Source: an uncultured candidate division Zixibacteria bacterium (GTDB lineage Bacteria > Zixibacteria > MSB-5A5 > GN15 > PGXB01). Taken from it: a stretch of DNA of 64,000 nt. A program made the position numbers and the translations under genes. Below the pieces are notes generated by a model. The model searched no databases. It was not told the DNA's origin and saw only the letters and a program-made list of their open reading frames with translations. Each line of letters opens with the position of its first letter. Position 1 is the first letter of the stretch. Below, piece by piece: positions 60,163 to 64,000 of the stretch. The stretch covers positions 3,392,001-3,456,000 of the forward strand of contig OY969724.1 of NCBI GenBank assembly GCA_963702205.1, in the 5' to 3' direction.

Positions 60163-63100
60163 CTATTCCGAATCTTTGTCCTTAGATCCTACATTTGCTT
60201 CCTGTTTGCGGTCGAGTTCATTCCTGACGGCGCGAGCCAATGATTTAATTGTCAACGGCTTGCGAATAAAAGCCCCTGCCCCCAGATGCAGGGCTTCCTC
60301 TATTCGTTCGCTGTGGGCAAAACCGGAAACCACGAGAGCCTTTTGATCGGGATTCAGCCTTAGAATGCGACCAAAGGTTTCGGTCCCGTCGATTCCCGGC
60401 GGCATTATCATATCGAGGATAATCAAATCGGCCCCATCGTCCCTGAAATACTCGACCGCCGCTTCCCCGCTTTTAACCGCCTGCGCGTCATAGCCCAGGT
60501 TGCGAAGTAGTGTCAGACAAACCGTCCGCTGAAGTTCATCGTCATCGACGACGAGGATTTTTTCATTGCCTCCGACAATCGTACTGTCTTCAGCTCCGGG
60601 CAGCGATTCCCGGGTGACGGGGAAATACAGATAAAACGACGTCCCCTGCCCCAACCGGCTGTCGAAATCGATGTATCCGTTGTGATCTTCAACCACGGCA
60701 TGGACGACGCTCAAGCCCAGGCCGGATCCCCGGCGCCGGTCGCTGGTTTTCGTAGAAAAGAACGGATCGAAAATTTTCGCGGCGACTTCGGGCGGTATTC
60801 CCGAGCCAGCATCCGAGACTGTCAGTTTGACATATTCCCCGGTCGGCACGCGGTTGTTTTTGCCCAGGGGATGATCGACATAGAAATTTTCGGTTCTGAA
60901 ATAAAGAGCCCCCACTTCTTTCATGGCATCGAGGGCATTAATGGCCAGGTTCGAAACGACCCTGAAGATCTGGGACGCCCCACCCTTGAATAAGAACAAA
61001 TCCTTTTCATAATCGGCGTTCACTTTGATGCCGACGTGCAAAGATACATGCTGCTTGATTACGTCCCGAACAATGGTGTTCATATCCAGCGGTTCCAGAT
61101 TATAATGACCGCGGCGGCCCAGTGTCAGAAGTTGCTGGTTAATTTCGGCGATTTGCACCGCCGCCCGTTCCATGTCGTTTACGTATCCGATTATGGGGCT
61201 TTCGGGCGAAATTTCATCCCGGATCAATTCCGGATAGGCCATAAGAGGCGCCAGAAGATTATTGAAATCGTGGGCCACCTGTCCGGCGATTCTACCGGCC
61301 GTTTCCAACCGCTGTGCCCGCTCCGCCAGGTCGCGCAGGCGGTTGGTTTCGGTGACGTCGCGGAAAACAAGAACAACACCCAAAATGGCACCGTCCCGGG
61401 CCCGTATCGGTGCACCGCTGTCGGCGATGGCCCGTTCGGTTCCGTCGCGGGAAACCAGCATCGTATGATTGGCCAGTCCGACTATCGTATCGAATTTAAT
61501 GACTTTTTCCACCGGGTTATCACAACGCTCCCGGGTCTTCTCATTAATAATATGAAATACTTTTTCGAGCTTTTGTCCCAAAGCTTCTTCCTTTTTCCAT
61601 CCGGTCAGCTCTTCGGAAATGTGATTAAATATTACGACAGTCCCGGATGTATCCGTAGCGATAACGCCGTCACCGATAGAACTTAATGTGACAGCCAGCC
61701 TTTCTTTTTCGGCTTCCAGGACTTCCCTTGCTCGTTTTCTTTCAGTGATATCCGTCACGATACCGACAAACCCCGTGAGCTTTCCGTTTTCGTTGTAGCG
61801 GTAGGCCCAATCGAGCTGGATGTCGATTTCATCCCCGGTTTTGGTGCGGCAGGCACGGATAATTGGCTTTGGCTCCGGCTGTTCTTCCAAAATACTTTTG
61901 AACAGACCAATATCTTTTGCTCGCTGCATATCGTCGGCAACCACGCTAAGGAAGTTCATTCCGATCATTTCGCCCTTTTCATACCCGAAAATCCGGTGAT
62001 ACGATTCGTTGGCGTACATAATGCGTCCGTTCGCGTCGATTATTTTGACACCGTGGGGAATTGTCTGGACCAATGATCGAAACTGATTTTCGGATTTTAA
62101 CAGTGCATTGATTGCGGCATTCTTTTCCGTGATATCGAGGCCGGAACTAATAGTCTGTATTATATTCCCGTCAGCATCCCTGATGACCGAATTCTGCCAG
62201 GCAATAACCCGAGTCTGTCCGTCACTGGTCAGGACTTCATTTTCATAATATTCTGCCGGCTCTATTTCCCCGGACATTAATTTTCCATAAACAGCCTTGA
62301 CATTATCCCTGATTTTTTCCGGAATCACCAGGTCGAACCAGTTTTTGCCCAGAATCTCGTCTTTTTCAAATCCCAGGACCTCACACCCTTTTTTATTGAT
62401 CAGGCTTACGATCATGTTGCGGTCGATCGCCACAAAAATCGACCCGGCCAGACTTAGATATTGCTTTGCCCTGTCGCGTTCGCGGAGGATTTTCAATTCA
62501 GCATTACGCCGTTCCGTGACGTCATGAAATACCAGCACGGCTCCTTTGATTGCACCTTTATCGTCTTTGATGGGAGCTCCACTGTCTTCAATCGGATATT
62601 CCTGACCGTTTCTGGATATAAGGACCGTATGATTAGCCAGACCGACTATCGTTCCCTCGTGAAAAACCTGTTCAATCGGATTATCAACGGCTTCCCGAGT
62701 CAATTGATTTATTATTTTAAAAATGTCGTTCAAAGGTCGACCGGTCGCCTCTTCCGACTCCCACCCGGTTAGTTCTTCTGCGACGGGATTAATGAAAGTC
62801 ACCGTACCATCCACGTCCGTGCAAATGACCGCGTCGCCGATGCTCCTTAAAGTCGTCGAAAGCCACTTTTTACTGGTGGCCAATTCCGCCACGTGTTCGT
62901 TGCGAACCTTCTGATGATCTATATTCGCCAGAGCCAGAGATATATCATCGGCGATCTCTTTTAACAACTGTTGTTCCTGATCGTCATCAACGAATTCGGG
63001 CGAACCCGATACCACCAGGGCTCCCAAAACTCCGATTCTACGACTTAACCTTACGGCCAGAATCCCGCGATTGAGGCAAAATGAATGGCCGAGGCATGCC

Positions 63101-63642
63101 TCGCATTCAGCATTCTGCATACGAATGACGCCCGAGTTCTCGGTATTAAAGACCATGGTAAGACAAGTCGGCAACTTGCCCTCATCGAGCGATTTCTTAA
63201 TGTCTTCAAACTGGCCGCCAAAACCCGACTCGGCGTGTTTTATTGGTTTGCCCGCCTTATCAACCAAACATATCCAGCTGGTATGATATTCTCTGCTTTT
63301 GGTTAATTCTTCGCATGCCCTTTTAATCAGTACATCCTTGTCATGCACGCGCGTAATTATTTGATTGATATTTCTGACAGCCGCCAGAACGGCGTTGACG
63401 TGAGCCAGGCGCTTCAAATTATCATTCTTAATGCCAACCTGCCGGGCTATGAACAGGCCGAATGATGAAATAATGCCAATGATCACCAGTCGCATGAATA
63501 TTTCATGCCCCGGCACATGTGTAAAAGCAATCGACCAAAAGTCCTGATTATAATAAAAAAAATGATCAACGAGGCTGTCAATGAACCACGAAGCAGCCGC
63601 CAATAAAACGGTAAACAAAATTATATTTATTCTAGATTTCAT
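60163..63642 (-). CDS. Hybrid histidine kinase (2TM-GAF-4xPAS-HisKA-HATPase-REC)
   Basis: AHDFNNLL, NALDAM, DAGSGI, GSGLGL, DMIMPPGIDG; PAS1 and PAS4 share VGLANHT.L.SR.G....I.DSGAPI. Confidence 0.93.
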   Translation of the reverse strand: MKSRINIILFTVLLAAASWFIDSLVDHFFYYNQDFWSIAFTHVPGHEIFMRLVIIGIISSFGLFIARQVGIKNDNLKRLAHVNAVLAAVRNINQIITRVHDKDVLIKRACEELTKSREYHTSWICLVDKAGKPIKHAESGFGGQFEDIKKSLDEGKLPTCLTMVFNTENSGVIRMQNAECEACLGHSFCLNRGILAVRLSRRIGVLGALVVSGSPEFVDDDQEQQLLKEIADDISLALANIDHQKVRNEHVAELATSKKWLSTTLRSIGDAVICTDVDGTVTFINPVAEELTGWESEEATGRPLNDIFKIINQLTREAVDNPIEQVFHEGTIVGLANHTVLISRNGQEYPIEDSGAPIKDDKGAIKGAVLVFHDVTERRNAELKILRERDRAKQYLSLAGSIFVAIDRNMIVSLINKKGCEVLGFEKDEILGKNWFDLVIPEKIRDNVKAVYGKLMSGEIEPAEYYENEVLTSDGQTRVIAWQNSVIRDADGNIIQTISSGLDITEKNAAINALLKSENQFRSLVQTIPHGVKIIDANGRIMYANESYHRIFGYEKGEMIGMNFLSVVADDMQRAKDIGLFKSILEEQPEPKPIIRACRTKTGDEIDIQLDWAYRYNENGKLTGFVGIVTDITERKRAREVLEAEKERLAVTLSSIGDGVIATDTSGTVVIFNHISEELTGWKKEEALGQKLEKVFHIINEKTRERCDNPVEKVIKFDTIVGLANHTMLVSRDGTERAIADSGAPIRARDGAILGVVLVFRDVTETNRLRDLAERAQRLETAGRIAGQVAHDFNNLLAPLMAYPELIRDEISPESPIIGYVNDMERAAVQIAEINQQLLTLGRRGHYNLEPLDMNTIVRDVIKQHVSLHVGIKVNADYEKDLFLFKGGASQIFRVVSNLAINALDAMKEVGALYFRTENFYVDHPLGKNNRVPTGEYVKLTVSDAGSGIPPEVAAKIFDPFFSTKTSDRRRGSGLGLSVVHAVVEDHNGYIDFDSRLGQGTSFYLYFPVTRESLPGAEDSTIVGGNEKILVVDDDELQRTVCLTLLRNLGYDAQAVKSGEAAVEYFRDDGADLIILDMIMPPGIDGTETFGRILRLNPDQKALVVSGFAHSERIEEALHLGAGAFIRKPLTIKSLARAVRNELDRKQEANVGSKDKDSE

Positions 63643-63744
63643 CCAAAACTTCCCCCAATTATCGATCGTGAGCACGTTGTCGATCTATACCGGATGTTTT
63701 AAAATACAAACATGTCCATTTTAAATCAACAAAAAAGTAGGGGT

Positions 63745-64000
63745 TTAGTCGACTTTCAGGATCGAATTTAGCACAACCCTGACACTGTCTGACATGATTT
63801 CATATCCGGCTCGATTGGGATTGATAGCATCCCTGGCGTAATCAGTATTTAAAAAGCCCTTCGGGTTCTTCAATGCTGAAAATATATCGATCAACGCGAT
63901 ATTATTATTACGGCAATATTTGCTCAGCCATATGTTATAAGTCGTTATGCTGTCGGCAATTTTATAGGCACCGTTTTCGAAAACGAAGGCGCTGTCGGCC
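63745..64000 (-). CDS. C-terminal part of an SGNH/GDSL-hydrolase-like protein (start outside window)
   Basis: Manual translation ...YNIWLSKYCRNNNIALIDIFSALKNPKGFLNTDYARDAINPNRAGYEIMS...VD* resembles SGNH block V. Confidence 0.65.
   Translation of the reverse strand, partial: ADSAFVFENGAYKIADSITTYNIWLSKYCRNNNIALIDIFSALKNPKGFLNTDYARDAINPNRAGYEIMSDSVRVVLNSILKVD

Overview
A 64-kb bacterial chromosome segment with about 40 protein-coding genes, one tRNA-Glu(CUC) and one clear pseudogene. No CRISPR array, prophage, integrase or transposase was seen. Several secreted proteins ending in Cys-bracketed dockerin-like domains, plus the Omp85/TolC outer-membrane proteins, suggest an anaerobic diderm, most likely candidate division Zixibacteria (inference only). 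Content: secreted S8 and M6 proteases and propeller/FG-GAP proteins; murA; a POTRA-less metalloprotease/propeller/Omp85 fusion; a LonC-type protease; a Ser/Thr kinase preceded by an unannotated 50-aa ribbon-helix-helix gene; tandem-duplicated small outer-membrane barrels; a five-gene phosphorelay with no DNA-binding output, divergent from a SulP transporter; an ArsR plus 11-heme cytochrome c/cytochrome b (CbcL-like) operon; MacA/MacB/TolC-like efflux genes; GT-C glycosyltransferases; an extended GlpX; Rrf2-dsrM-dsrK-like genes; an SSADH-type aldehyde dehydrogenase; aceE; an MFS transporter; two hybrid kinases. Best non-coding observations: (1) Rex-like 18-bp operators overlap the -35 box identically in both respiratory operons; (2) a four-way-junction RNA resembling the NiCo/czcD riboswitch lies between a good promoter and the MFS gene; (3) a REP-like palindrome family. 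All calls come from reading motifs by eye; no searches were run.
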